64,000 nucleotides of DNA, from contig CAYWAV010000001.1 of NCBI GenBank assembly GCA_964456225.1, positions 100,179-164,178 on the forward strand, read 5' to 3'. The notes below the pieces were generated by a model. That model was not told where the DNA came from. It did not search any database and saw only the letters and a list, made by a program, of their open reading frames with translations. How positions within the stretch are numbered: position 1 is the first letter of the stretch; each line of letters opens with the position of its first letter. Shown one piece after another: positions 18,096 through 27,887 of the stretch. Both the position numbers and the translations under genes were made by a program. Origin of the DNA: an uncultured Chitinophaga sp. GTDB taxonomy: Bacteria > Bacteroidota > Bacteroidia > 2-12-FULL-35-15.

Positions 18096-20204
18096 ATGAA
18101 ATTTTCTGCTCAAATTTTCATCGGTGTTTTTTTGTCATTCTCGCTGAATGCGTATTCTGGAAATCCCAAAGATTCCTTGTATTCTGTTTATCAAAAATCC
18201 ACTAGTGATTCCATCCGATTTAAAGCGATTGATGATTTTGTTTGGGAATACATGTATGAAAATCCGGATACAGCTTGTGTTATTGCCAAAAGCGTATTCG
18301 ATCAAAACCGTGAAACAAAATATCCAAAAGGGTTAGCTTTATTGTTGAGAACAATTGGTGCGTCTTATGTTTTGCGAGGTGACAATGAAAAGGGAATTTA
18401 TTACTACACGCTTTCTTCCGAGATTACAAAACTTTTAAAAGATGATGATGGATTAGCTTCATCCAGCAATGGTTTGGGTATTATTTATTCCCGCCAAGGA
18501 AATTATTCAAAAGCCATTGAGGAATATTTATCGTCTTTAGCATCGTATGAGCGAATGAATGATAAAGACGGAATGTCTATTGCGTATAATAACATTGGCT
18601 TGAATTATGAGCGTCAATCACAATTTTTAAAAGCGTTGGACTTCTATAATAAAAGTTTAAAAATAAAATTGCAGATAGGTAAATCGTTAGGTGTTGCTCA
18701 GGCAAAAATAAATTTAGGTAATTTACACATCAGTTTAAAAAAATACGACCTGGCTTTGCAATACTACAATGAGGCATTGGTCATTCAGAATGAGATTAAT
18801 AATATTTCAATCGAAGCGGCCATTAATAATAGTATCGGTATTATTTATCAGGAACAAAAAAAATACGATGCTGCTGTTGCTTATTTTATGAAAGCCTTGG
18901 TTTTACGTAATAAGATGGGTGATAAGTATAGTGCAAGTGATATTCGTAATAATTTAGGAATAATAAATAGCATTCAAGGAAAGTATCTTCAAGCAGTTGA
19001 ATACGCTTTGGAAAGTCATGCTGTAGCCAATGAGATGCAAAATTTGGAATTGATTAAACAAAGCGCTCAAACCTTGAGTTATGCTTATGAGAAAATGGGA
19101 AAAGCAAACGATGCTTTGAAGTATTTTAAAATTTATAATTCTTATAAAGACAGTGTTTACAATAAAACTAATACAGAAAAGTCAATTCAGGCTGAGTTGA
19201 ACTATCAATTTTCTAAACAAGCAGAAAAAGAAAATCTTGAACGTGAGAAGAAAGAGTTGGAGCAAAAGGAAGCGGCTAAGCGGCAAGTTATTATTCGTAA
19301 TTTTTTTATTCTTGGGTTTATATTGCTATTAATTGTAGCCTTTTTGATTTTTAGAAATTTAAAACAAAAACAAAAAGCAAATAATAAATTGCAAAATGCT
19401 TACATCGAAATTGAAGAGAAAAGTAATTTGCTCGAAGAAAAAAACAAAGAAGTATTTGACAGTATTAAGTATGCAAAGCGTTTGCAAGAAGCCATTTTGC
19501 CTAATAGTGAATTTATTAAAAAATTGTTTCCCGAGTCGTTTGTGTTTTATAAACCCAAAGACATTGTGAGTGGTGATTTTTATTGGTTCGAACATTGGGG
19601 TAACAAAAAAATGTTTGCAGCTGTTGATTGCACCGGACATGGTGTTCCTGGAGCATTCATGAGTATTGTTGGATATAATTTATTGAATCAGGCTGTGAAT
19701 GAACACGGACTTACTAAACCAAATTTGATTTTAAATGAGTTGAATAAAGGAATTACAAAAACCTTGAAGCAAACATTTGAAGATTCTGCTGTAAAAGATG
19801 GGATGGACCTAGCCTTGTGCTCTTATGACCAGAAAACGAATGTGCTGGAATATGCAGGCGCATTTAATTCATTGTGGCTTTTGAGGAACAATGCGATTGT
19901 TGAAATAAAAGCTGACAAGCAGCCCGTTGGTTTATTTTTAGGAGAAGAGTTAAAGAGTTTTACAAATCATGAGATAGCAATTCAGCCAGGCGACACAGTT
20001 TATGTTTTTACGGATGGCTTTGCTGATCAGTTTGGTGGGCCCAAAGGAAAGAAATTTAAGTATAAGCAGTTGCAAAGTATTCTCATTGAGAATGCTGGTA
20101 AATCTCTGTCCGAACAAAAAACAATTCTTGAAAAATTGATTTTCGATTGGCAAGGAAATCTTGAACAGATAGATGATATACTTATTCTTGGTATACGTCT
20201 TTAA
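18096..20204 (+). CDS. TPR-repeat sensor with TM helix and C-terminal PP2C/SpoIIE phosphatase domain (copy 2)
   Basis: 702 aa with the same architecture and motifs as copy 1 (VDCTGHGVPGAFMS, DGFADQFGG). Confidence 0.85.
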   Translation: MKFSAQIFIGVFLSFSLNAYSGNPKDSLYSVYQKSTSDSIRFKAIDDFVWEYMYENPDTACVIAKSVFDQNRETKYPKGLALLLRTIGASYVLRGDNEKGIYYYTLSSEITKLLKDDDGLASSSNGLGIIYSRQGNYSKAIEEYLSSLASYERMNDKDGMSIAYNNIGLNYERQSQFLKALDFYNKSLKIKLQIGKSLGVAQAKINLGNLHISLKKYDLALQYYNEALVIQNEINNISIEAAINNSIGIIYQEQKKYDAAVAYFMKALVLRNKMGDKYSASDIRNNLGIINSIQGKYLQAVEYALESHAVANEMQNLELIKQSAQTLSYAYEKMGKANDALKYFKIYNSYKDSVYNKTNTEKSIQAELNYQFSKQAEKENLEREKKELEQKEAAKRQVIIRNFFILGFILLLIVAFLIFRNLKQKQKANNKLQNAYIEIEEKSNLLEEKNKEVFDSIKYAKRLQEAILPNSEFIKKLFPESFVFYKPKDIVSGDFYWFEHWGNKKMFAAVDCTGHGVPGAFMSIVGYNLLNQAVNEHGLTKPNLILNELNKGITKTLKQTFEDSAVKDGMDLALCSYDQKTNVLEYAGAFNSLWLLRNNAIVEIKADKQPVGLFLGEELKSFTNHEIAIQPGDTVYVFTDGFADQFGGPKGKKFKYKQLQSILIENAGKSLSEQKTILEKLIFDWQGNLEQIDDILILGIRL

Positions 20205-20224
20205 TTGTAATTTACTATCTTAGT

Positions 20225-21349
20225 TTGCAAAAGGCTGCAATCAACTTGTCAGATATTTATGCTGAAATGAAACAATTTGAAAATTCTTTAAAATATTATA
20301 AAATATATAGTGAGACGAAAGACTCTGTTTTATATCAAGTAAGCTCTAATCAAATCAATGAACTATCTGCTAAGTAAGAAACGGATAAAAAACAAACGGA
20401 GATTGAATTGTTGACTAAAGACAATGATTTGAATAGAACAGTCAGCATGTCTCTCTTTATATGAATTGGTTTAGTTGTTATTTTACTTTTTTTGCTTATG
20501 TATAGATATCAAGAAAAACGCAAAGCAAATAAATTATTAGGAGATAAGAATATTGCTATTAATGAACAAAAAGAATTAGTAACAGAAAAAAACAAGGAGA
20601 TCACCGACAGCATTAATTATGCAAGAAAGATACAAGATGCTATGTTGCCTTCTCAAAAAGTATTGGATGAGTATTTTAGAGATAATTTTATTTTCTATCA
20701 ACCGAAAGACATTATTAGTGGCGATTTTTACTGGGCTCTTAGAAAAGAGGACAAGTTGTATCTAGCGTCAGCTGATTTTACAGGACATGGAGTTCCTGGC
20801 GCTTTGATGAGTATGATTGGAGTTACTTTCCTGCGACAAATTATCAATGAAATGAATGTGACTGATACTTCTGAAATATTGAATCGTTTACATAGTATGG
20901 TTTTAAATACTTTGAACGAAGATATCAGTACTAGAAATTCTAAAGATGGGATGGATGTTGCATTGTTAAAAATTGATTTGTTAAATAAAAAGGCTCAGTT
21001 TTATGGAGCAGTTAGACCATTGTATATAAGTTCAAAAAAAGGATTTGAAATTGTTAAAGGCGATGGTTATTCTATCGGTGGCATCAAATCAATGGAAGAA
21101 ACATTTTCGTCAGTGGATATTGATTTATCAGGTGGGAAATCGTTTTATTTGTTTTCTGACGGATTTGCTGATCAATTTGGACAAGTGAACGGCAAAAAAT
21201 TTATGGTTAAAAAACTTCAGAATTTATTGTCTGAAGTATGTGCACTTCCAATGGAAGAACAGCTTCATTGTATTTCGAAAGACTTTAATGATTGGAAAGG
21301 TTCAGTTTACCAAACCGATGATGTGTTACTATTGGGAATAAAAGTGTAG
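20225..21349 (+). pseudogene. Truncated, nonsense-interrupted third TPR-TM-PP2C paralog; residual ORF 20492..21349
   Basis: The frame of the 285-aa ORF continues upstream as ...LKYYKIYSETKDS...SAK*ETDKKQTEIELLTKDNDL...LFI*IGLVVILLF, with TAA at 20375 and TGA at 20462. Nearly all of the TPR region is missing. Confidence 0.7.
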
Positions 21350-21383
21350 TTCCTAATGAATCATTCACTAGGAACTATTACAC

Positions 21384-22094
21384 TTAGTTCATTGGAACTT
21401 CTATTATTAAAATTTCAGTATTTCCAGCAATTTTAAGGTTGATTGTATCGCTTTCCCAAATACCAATTGCATCTCGTTTACCAGTTTTATTTCCCTCAAT
21501 GTTTGCTTCTCCTTCAATTACAAATATGTATGCTCCATTTCCTTTGTGTTGAATTTTATAATCAATGGAAGTTGCGTTATCAAATTTCCCTAAAGAAAAA
21601 TAAGCATCTTGATTAATCCACATTACATCATCTGCTTTAAGAGGAGAAACAATTGTTTTAAATTTCCCTTTTTTATCTTCTTCTGAAAAAACGCGTTGAT
21701 CGTAGCGTGGAGTAATGTTTCTTTCTTTTGGGAAAACCCAAATTTGCAAAAGATTAATCGGTTCAGTTTTAGAATGATTGTATTCGCTGTGCATCAATCC
21801 AGAACCAGTACTCATGGCTTGTATTTCGTTGGGACGAATTACTCCAATATTTCCCATACTGTCTTTGTGTTCCAATGTTCCGCTTAATGGAATGGTAACA
21901 ATTTCCATATTGTCGTGCGGATGCATTCCAAAACCCATTCCGGGAGCTACTATATCATCATTCAATACCCGTAATAATCCAAAATGTGTTTTGCTTGGAT
22001 CGTTATAACTTGCAAAGCTAAATGAATGTTTTGCGTTTAGCCAGCCGTGGTCCGCGTGTCCGCGTTCGGATGCTTTGTGGATTGTCGTTTTCAT
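21384..22094 (-). CDS. Pirin family protein
   Basis: 236 aa bicupin with a pirin N-terminal His motif (HPHDNMEIVT...H.E). Confidence 0.85.
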   Translation of the reverse strand: MKTTIHKASERGHADHGWLNAKHSFSFASYNDPSKTHFGLLRVLNDDIVAPGMGFGMHPHDNMEIVTIPLSGTLEHKDSMGNIGVIRPNEIQAMSTGSGLMHSEYNHSKTEPINLLQIWVFPKERNITPRYDQRVFSEEDKKGKFKTIVSPLKADDVMWINQDAYFSLGKFDNATSIDYKIQHKGNGAYIFVIEGEANIEGNKTGKRDAIGIWESDTINLKIAGNTEILIIEVPMN

Positions 22095-22153
22095 TTTTTT
22101 TTCTTTATTAGTTATCAGATTGTATGTATATACATATATTATAATAAATTTTT

Positions 22154-22603
22154 TTAACCTCGGAGTTTATCTAAAAGCTGACTGATACTAGCCGCTTCTT
22201 TTTCTGTTAAGTTCTTTAATTCTTTTACCATTCCACCATCCAATTTATCAAGTTCTTCCAAAAGATCCAATCCTTTTTGTGTGATGATAACATTTACTGC
22301 TCTTCTATCGTCCTGACAAACTGCACGTTCAACCAATTTTTTCACTCTTAATTTTTCTACCAACCTAGATGCATTAGAATTTTTATCCAGCATTCTTTCA
22401 ATTAATAAATTTACTGTAGCTGGCTTTGGATGTTGGCCTCTTAAAATGCGTAGAATATTAAATTGTTGAGTTGATATTCCGTAAGGTTTTATTTGACAAG
22501 TATGCTTAGCACTTAACCATCCGCTAGTAAACAATATATTGATGAGCATTTTTTGATACTCATTTTTGAATTTTGTTTGTTTTATCTCTTTACCGATTTC
22601 CAT
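22154..22603 (-). CDS. MarR family transcriptional regulator
   Basis: 149 aa winged-HTH (QQFNILRIL...DDRRAVNVIITQKG). Upstream of pirin on the same strand. Confidence 0.85.
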   Translation of the reverse strand: MEIGKEIKQTKFKNEYQKMLINILFTSGWLSAKHTCQIKPYGISTQQFNILRILRGQHPKPATVNLLIERMLDKNSNASRLVEKLRVKKLVERAVCQDDRRAVNVIITQKGLDLLEELDKLDGGMVKELKNLTEKEAASISQLLDKLRG

Positions 22604-22686
22604 CTAGTTTTATTTAACGATACAAAGATAAGTAAAATTTAAATACAAATACATTATATGTATAGACATGTATTTTGTAAAAAATG

Positions 22687-23898
22687 TTAAAATAAATTAT
22701 TTGCAGCTATCCAAGCACTGCTCCAGGCATTTTGAAAATTAAAACCACCCGTAACACCATCTACATCTAGTACTTCACCTGTAAAGTATAATCCAGAAAC
22801 GATTTTGCTTTCCATCTTCGAAAAGTCAATTTCTTTTAATTGAATGCCACCGCAAGTCACAAACTCTTCCTTAAAAGTTGTTTTTCCTGCTACTTTATAT
22901 TCATCACTTGCTAAAAAGTGTGCTAATAAGTTGCCGTTTTTCTTTGATAAATCTGCCCATCGAACAGTATCACTTATGCCTGCTTTCAAAACTAAATGTT
23001 CCCAGAGTCGTTTTGGCAATTCAAAAGGACAATTGTTTAAAACAATTTTGGCAGCATTTTCCTCCTTTTGATTATTGAACTCGATTTTAATTTTTTCTTC
23101 TGTATGCATCGGCAACCAGGAGACTAGTGTTGAAAAATTATAGTTCAAATCATTTAATATTCGTGCACCCCAAGCTGAAGCTTTTAAAATTGCCGGTCCG
23201 CTCATTCCCCAATGCGTGATCATTAAAGGACCTTCGGTTTCTAGTTTTGTGGTTGCTACTCTTATTTTTACATGAGGAACAGCTACACCCATTAATTTGG
23301 TGATGTCATTGTTGGGAATATTGAATGTGAACAGTGAAGGAACAGGTGTGAAAATGGTGTGTCCTAATCTTTTTAACCAGCTGTAAGCTTCTTCTTTTGA
23401 ATTTCCTCCTGTGGCAATAATTAATTTATCACATTTAAATTCGCCTCCGCCATCTGCCTTGAGCGTAAATGTTTCATCCTCATTTTTTATAATTTCTTGA
23501 ATAGATACATTTAACTTAATGTTTACGTTGTTTTTTGCTGCCTCCTGCATGAGGCAATTGACAATTGTTTCGGAGTTATCAGTTGTAGGAAACATTCTTC
23601 CGTCTGCTTCTGTCTTTAACTCAACTCCTCTTTCTTTGAACCAATTAATTGTATCAGCTGTGCTGAATCGACTGAAAGAACTTCGTAATTCCTTTTCTCC
23701 TCGGGGGTAGTTTTTAACCAATAAGTTATTATCGAAACAGGCATGTGTTACATTGCATCTGCCTCCGCCCGAAACACGAACTTTGGAAAGTAGTTTATTG
23801 CTTTTTTCCAAAAGTGTAACAGAAATATCGGCTGATTTCGGGCAATTAACTGCAGCGAAAAAGCCTGCTGCACCGCCACCTATAACAATTACATTCAT
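22687..23898 (-). CDS. NAD(P)/FAD-dependent oxidoreductase, HI0933/BaiN-like flavoprotein
   Basis: 403 aa. N-terminal VIGGGAAG dinucleotide fold and a C-terminal GEVLDVDGVTGGFNFQ motif typical of the family. Confidence 0.8.
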   Translation of the reverse strand: MNVIVIGGGAAGFFAAVNCPKSADISVTLLEKSNKLLSKVRVSGGGRCNVTHACFDNNLLVKNYPRGEKELRSSFSRFSTADTINWFKERGVELKTEADGRMFPTTDNSETIVNCLMQEAAKNNVNIKLNVSIQEIIKNEDETFTLKADGGGEFKCDKLIIATGGNSKEEAYSWLKRLGHTIFTPVPSLFTFNIPNNDITKLMGVAVPHVKIRVATTKLETEGPLMITHWGMSGPAILKASAWGARILNDLNYNFSTLVSWLPMHTEEKIKIEFNNQKEENAAKIVLNNCPFELPKRLWEHLVLKAGISDTVRWADLSKKNGNLLAHFLASDEYKVAGKTTFKEEFVTCGGIQLKEIDFSKMESKIVSGLYFTGEVLDVDGVTGGFNFQNAWSSAWIAANNLF

Positions 23899-23997
23899 TC
23901 GATTTAATATTCCTTATATTTTTTGTAAGTATAACCATTTTCTATTTATATTTGGTTAAGTATGAAAAAATATTGTAAAATTTAAACCAAAAACAAA

Positions 23998-25113
23998 ATG
24001 GGATTATTTGATAAATTAAAAGGTGAATTTGTAGATATAATCGAGTGGACAGATAGCTCGAATGATACAATGGTTTGGCGTTTTCCTCGCTACCAAAATG
24101 AAATTAAAATGGGCGCGAAATTAACTGTTCGCGAATCACAAGTAGCAGTATTTGTGAATGAAGGAAAGATGGCAGACGAATACAAGCCTGGAATGTATGA
24201 GCTACAAACTCAAAACATGCCTATCATGTCGACTTTAAGAGGTTGGAAATATGGATTTAATAGTCCGTTTAAAGCGGAAGTTTATTTTGTAAATACAAAA
24301 CAGTTTACAAATCAAAAATGGGGAACTAAGAATCCGATAATGTTGCGTGATTCTGAATTCGGCCCAATCCGTATTCGTGCGTTTGGAAGTTATGCGATTC
24401 GTATTGTGGATGCATCTAAATTCTTGAAAGAAATTGCAGGTACTGATCAACATTTTACAACTGAAGAAGTAACGGAGCAATTGCGTAATTTGGTAATCAC
24501 TCGTTTTACTGATGCGATTGCTGAAAGTAAAATTCCAGTTTTGGATATGGCATCTAACTATGATGAAATGTCGAAACTGATTGGTGATAAAATTAATCCT
24601 GAGTTTAAAGAAATAGGAATTGAGGTAACCAAACTTTTAATTGAAAATATTTCATTGCCTCCAGATGTGGAAGCAGCGTTGGACAAAAGAAGCAGTATGG
24701 GAATTATTGGTAACCTAAATGCATTCACACAATATCAAGCGGCTAATTCAATGGAAAAAGCAGCAGAGAATGGAAACAGCATGATGGGAGCAGGGTTAGG
24801 AATGGGAATGGGAATGGGTATGGGAAATCAGATGGGTAACATGATGAATCAAAACCAGAACAACAATACCAACCAAAACAATAATAATCCACCGCCACCA
24901 CCAGCGATGACACAATATTTTGTAGCTGTGAATGGAGCACAAACTGGTCCGTTTACCGAACACGTAATGGCTCAAATGATTCAGCAAGGTTCTTTGAAAA
25001 AAGAATCAATGATTTGGAAAAATGGAATGGCTGCCTGGGCTGCTGCAGATCAAGTAGCTGAAATAGCAAAATTATTTACAGCTGTTCCACCGCCATTGCC
25101 TCCTCCGATGTAA
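23998..25113 (+). CDS. SPFH-superfamily protein, YdjI-like, with low-complexity linker and C-terminal GYF_2-like domain
   Basis: 371 aa. MGLFDKLKGEFVDIIEW... is collinear with B. subtilis YdjI-type (COG4260) proteins. Then a (GM)n/Asn/Pro-rich tract and a YF..VNG.Q.GPF...W..GM..W module. Confidence 0.75.
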   Translation: MGLFDKLKGEFVDIIEWTDSSNDTMVWRFPRYQNEIKMGAKLTVRESQVAVFVNEGKMADEYKPGMYELQTQNMPIMSTLRGWKYGFNSPFKAEVYFVNTKQFTNQKWGTKNPIMLRDSEFGPIRIRAFGSYAIRIVDASKFLKEIAGTDQHFTTEEVTEQLRNLVITRFTDAIAESKIPVLDMASNYDEMSKLIGDKINPEFKEIGIEVTKLLIENISLPPDVEAALDKRSSMGIIGNLNAFTQYQAANSMEKAAENGNSMMGAGLGMGMGMGMGNQMGNMMNQNQNNNTNQNNNNPPPPPAMTQYFVAVNGAQTGPFTEHVMAQMIQQGSLKKESMIWKNGMAAWAAADQVAEIAKLFTAVPPPLPPPM

Positions 25114-25210
25114 AATGAGTTCAAAGTCCAAAGTTGGAAAGTTTTGACGATAGAATAATTTGCCCTTTTTTATTGTCACTTTTGTAGCAATGTTTTTTAT
25201 CATTTCTTTG

Positions 25211-25240
25211 ACTTTGAACTTTATAACTTTGAACTTTATA
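25211..25240. repeat. Perfect tandem 15-mer ACTTTGAACTTTATA x2
   Basis: Two identical adjacent units. Their reverse complement matches gttcaaagt at 25119, giving an inverted arrangement across the intergenic spacer. Confidence 0.9.
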
Positions 25241-25249
25241 CTACAAAAA

Positions 25250-26374
25250 ATGTACGAAGAAAAAACAAACGAAGTAAGTAATCAGCTCGACTGCAGAGAT
25301 TGCGGTGCTTTGCTGAAATATGCTCCAGGAACAGAACATTTGAAATGTGAGTATTGCGGTGCGGCTAACGAAATTAAAGAAGCTGTTGAAGCAACGGTTG
25401 TTGAAGAAATAGATTTCGAAAAATTTCTGAACGAGAACAATAGCAATGTTGAAAAACAAGAAGTAACAACAGTGAAGTGTGGAAATTGCGGAGCTTCAAC
25501 TACATTAAAACCAAACATTACATCTGATAGTTGTCCGTTTTGTGCTACACCATTGGTTGTAACAGGCGGAACAACAAACAGTATTATTAAACCAAAATAT
25601 TTATTGCCATTTAAAATCGATCAAAAAAATGCTTTTGAGGAATTTAAAAAGTGGGTGAAAAGTTTATGGTTTGCTCCAAATGATTTGAAGCATTATGTGG
25701 ACAGTGCCGATAAATTAAACGGTATGTATATTCCATATTGGACTTATGATTCCAAAACAGAAAGCGATTATACTGGTCAGCGTGGTGATAATTATGTAAC
25801 AACTGAAACATATACAACAGTTGTAAATGGTAAATCGCAAACGAATACTAGAACGGTAACAAAAATTCGTTGGAGCTATGCTAGCGGACATGTATGCAAT
25901 AATTTCGATGATGTATTGGTATTAGCTAGTAATTCGTTACCAGAAAAATATACAAATGCATTAGAGCCTTGGGATATGGAAAATATTAATGCTTACAACG
26001 ATAAATTTTTAAGTGGATTTAGAACTGAAAGTTATCAAGTAGATGTAAAAACGGGTTTTGAAAAATCAAAAGTTATTATGGATGCTGGTATTCGTTCATC
26101 CATTTGCAGAGATATTGGTGGAGATCATCAACAAATCGCTTCTGTGAGTACGGTTTATAATGATATTACATTCAAACATATTTTATTACCCATTTGGTTG
26201 AGTGCATTTCGTTACAACGAAAAAGTATATCGCTTTATGATTAATGGAAGAACTGGAGAAGTGCAAGGCGAAAGACCATACAGTGTTATCAAAATTGTGT
26301 TGACAGTGTTAGCAGTTATTGCAATAGGAGTAGGCATTTACTTTGCTGTGAGCGCTTATAATGAGGGGAATTAG
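25250..26374 (+). CDS. Double zinc-ribbon protein with C-terminal TM anchor (YdjG-like partner of the SPFH protein)
   Basis: Start chosen at the ATG at 25250 (MYEEK). CRDCG..x..CEYCG and CGNCG..x..CPFC ribbons, and the C-terminal helix VIKIVLTVLAVIAIGVGIYFAV. The track extension from 25160 is repeat-encoded. Confidence 0.7.
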   Translation: MYEEKTNEVSNQLDCRDCGALLKYAPGTEHLKCEYCGAANEIKEAVEATVVEEIDFEKFLNENNSNVEKQEVTTVKCGNCGASTTLKPNITSDSCPFCATPLVVTGGTTNSIIKPKYLLPFKIDQKNAFEEFKKWVKSLWFAPNDLKHYVDSADKLNGMYIPYWTYDSKTESDYTGQRGDNYVTTETYTTVVNGKSQTNTRTVTKIRWSYASGHVCNNFDDVLVLASNSLPEKYTNALEPWDMENINAYNDKFLSGFRTESYQVDVKTGFEKSKVIMDAGIRSSICRDIGGDHQQIASVSTVYNDITFKHILLPIWLSAFRYNEKVYRFMINGRTGEVQGERPYSVIKIVLTVLAVIAIGVGIYFAVSAYNEGN

Positions 26375-26392
26375 TTAATACTGATTTTGTAT

Positions 26393-26431
26393 AAAAAACT
26401 CCTGATTCATAATAGAATCGGGAGTTTTTTT
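26393..26431. terminator. Bidirectional terminator between convergent genes
   Basis: aaaaaactcctgattc-ataata-gaatcgggagttttttt. Confidence 0.8.
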
Positions 26432-26435
26432 AATT

Positions 26436-26720
26436 CTATTCATACAAGCTTAATCTATTCTTCAGTCGAATAATTTCTGTTTGTAGGTCTTCATTCTTTT
26501 TCAAAAGATGAACAACAGCTTCAATTCCTTCCATGTTAATGTCCATTTCATTGTATAGTCGCAGAAGGCGTTCCAGTTTTTGTAGTTCATTCGAATCTAT
26601 GAAGAGCACTTCTTCTAGGGTGGTTAATTCAATCAAACCAAATTCCTTTAGGGAACTGATAAAAGAAATTTCAATCTGATGATTGATGCAAAATTCATTT
26701 GCAGATACTAAATTTTCCAT
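26436..26720 (-). CDS. cbpM: Chaperone modulatory protein CbpM-like (MerR-like fold)
   Basis: 94 aa, placed 4 nt downstream of the cbpA-like gene, with the size and pattern of CbpM. Confidence 0.7.
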   Translation of the reverse strand: MENLVSANEFCINHQIEISFISSLKEFGLIELTTLEEVLFIDSNELQKLERLLRLYNEMDINMEGIEAVVHLLKKNEDLQTEIIRLKNRLSLYE

Positions 26721-26724
26721 AGCT

Positions 26725-27612
26725 CTATGATTTAGATAATTCGGTAAATAGTTCTTTTTGTTTGTCGGTTAAATTCGTAGGGATTTTAATAGAGTAGGTA
26801 ATGTATAAATCTCCAAATTGTGCTTCTTGCTTATAAATGGGAAAGCCTTTTCCTTTCAACTTTACTTTTGTTCCTTGTTGTGTTTCTGGATTGACTTTCA
26901 GTTTTACTTTACTATCAAGGGTGTCAATCGTAATTTCGCCACCCAAAACGGCTTGATATAAATCTAAATCAATAGTCGCGTAAAGATTGTTTCCTTCTCG
27001 TTTAAATTTAGAATTGTTAGTAATTGAAAAGGAAATGTACAAATCTCCGTTAGGGCCGCCATTTGCACCTGGGCTTCCATGACCTGAAATTTTAATAGTT
27101 TGTCCATTTTCTACTCCAGCAGGAATAGTTATGCGAATATTTTTCCCATTTACGGCAAGCGTCTGTTGATGTGTTTTAAATGCATCGGTTAAATTAAGTT
27201 GCAGTTCGGCATTAAAATCTTGCCCACGAAATTTTGTTTGCCGTCCTCCTCTTGAACCATTTCCACCACCAAACATGGAGCTGAAAAATTGGGAGAAATC
27301 TTCTTCATTTGCTCCTTCTTGATAATTTCGACCGGCATAATTACCTTGCTGACTTTGTGCTTTTTGAGCCTTTTCGTATTCCTCACCATGCTTCCACTCT
27401 TTTCCATACTTGTCGTATTTTTTACGATTTTCTGGATCACTCAATACTTCATTGGCTTCATTAATCTGTTGAAAAATTTTATTGGCTTCTTTATCATTCG
27501 GATTAAGGTCAGGATGATGTTTGCGCGCTAATTTTCGATAAGCTTTTTTAATATCCTCAGCAGTGGCATTCTTCGCAAGGCCTAAAATTTTGTAGTAATC
27601 AATAAACTCCAT
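26725..27612 (-). CDS. cbpA: J-domain curved-DNA-binding co-chaperone CbpA/DnaJ-like (no zinc-finger domain)
   Basis: 295 aa. J domain (DYYKILG...HPDLNP), G/F-rich linker and C-terminal DnaJ substrate-binding domains. No CxxCxGxG repeats. Confidence 0.85.
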   Translation of the reverse strand: MEFIDYYKILGLAKNATAEDIKKAYRKLARKHHPDLNPNDKEANKIFQQINEANEVLSDPENRKKYDKYGKEWKHGEEYEKAQKAQSQQGNYAGRNYQEGANEEDFSQFFSSMFGGGNGSRGGRQTKFRGQDFNAELQLNLTDAFKTHQQTLAVNGKNIRITIPAGVENGQTIKISGHGSPGANGGPNGDLYISFSITNNSKFKREGNNLYATIDLDLYQAVLGGEITIDTLDSKVKLKVNPETQQGTKVKLKGKGFPIYKQEAQFGDLYITYSIKIPTNLTDKQKELFTELSKS

Positions 27613-27887
27613 TGTGTCAATTTTGTTTAAAGTTACCTTATTAAGTAAAGCAAGGTCATGATTTCAATCAGTAAAAAATATTTTCTACAATTCGTATTGA
27701 GTAATTTGTCAAATTAATGCGGCTGTGGATTAACTAGCCTATATAATTTCATCTTTTTATTGGAATGCTACACTTTTTACAAAAGGGACATCTTTATTAA
27801 TATGTGAACTATGTAATGTTTTTATAAAAATGTATAACACTTCACCAGCTGAATAGTTTGACATTTGTTTAACAAAATGAGCACGAT

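Noticed and set aside
25160-25249. Long N-terminal extensions of track ORFs (also 31581, 31659, 42427, 44785, 53336, 55546, 57735, 11599)
   Set aside because: The extensions are encoded by intergenic repeats, terminator hairpins or promoter boxes, or overlap the upstream gene. An internal ATG matching the family N-terminus is available in each case.
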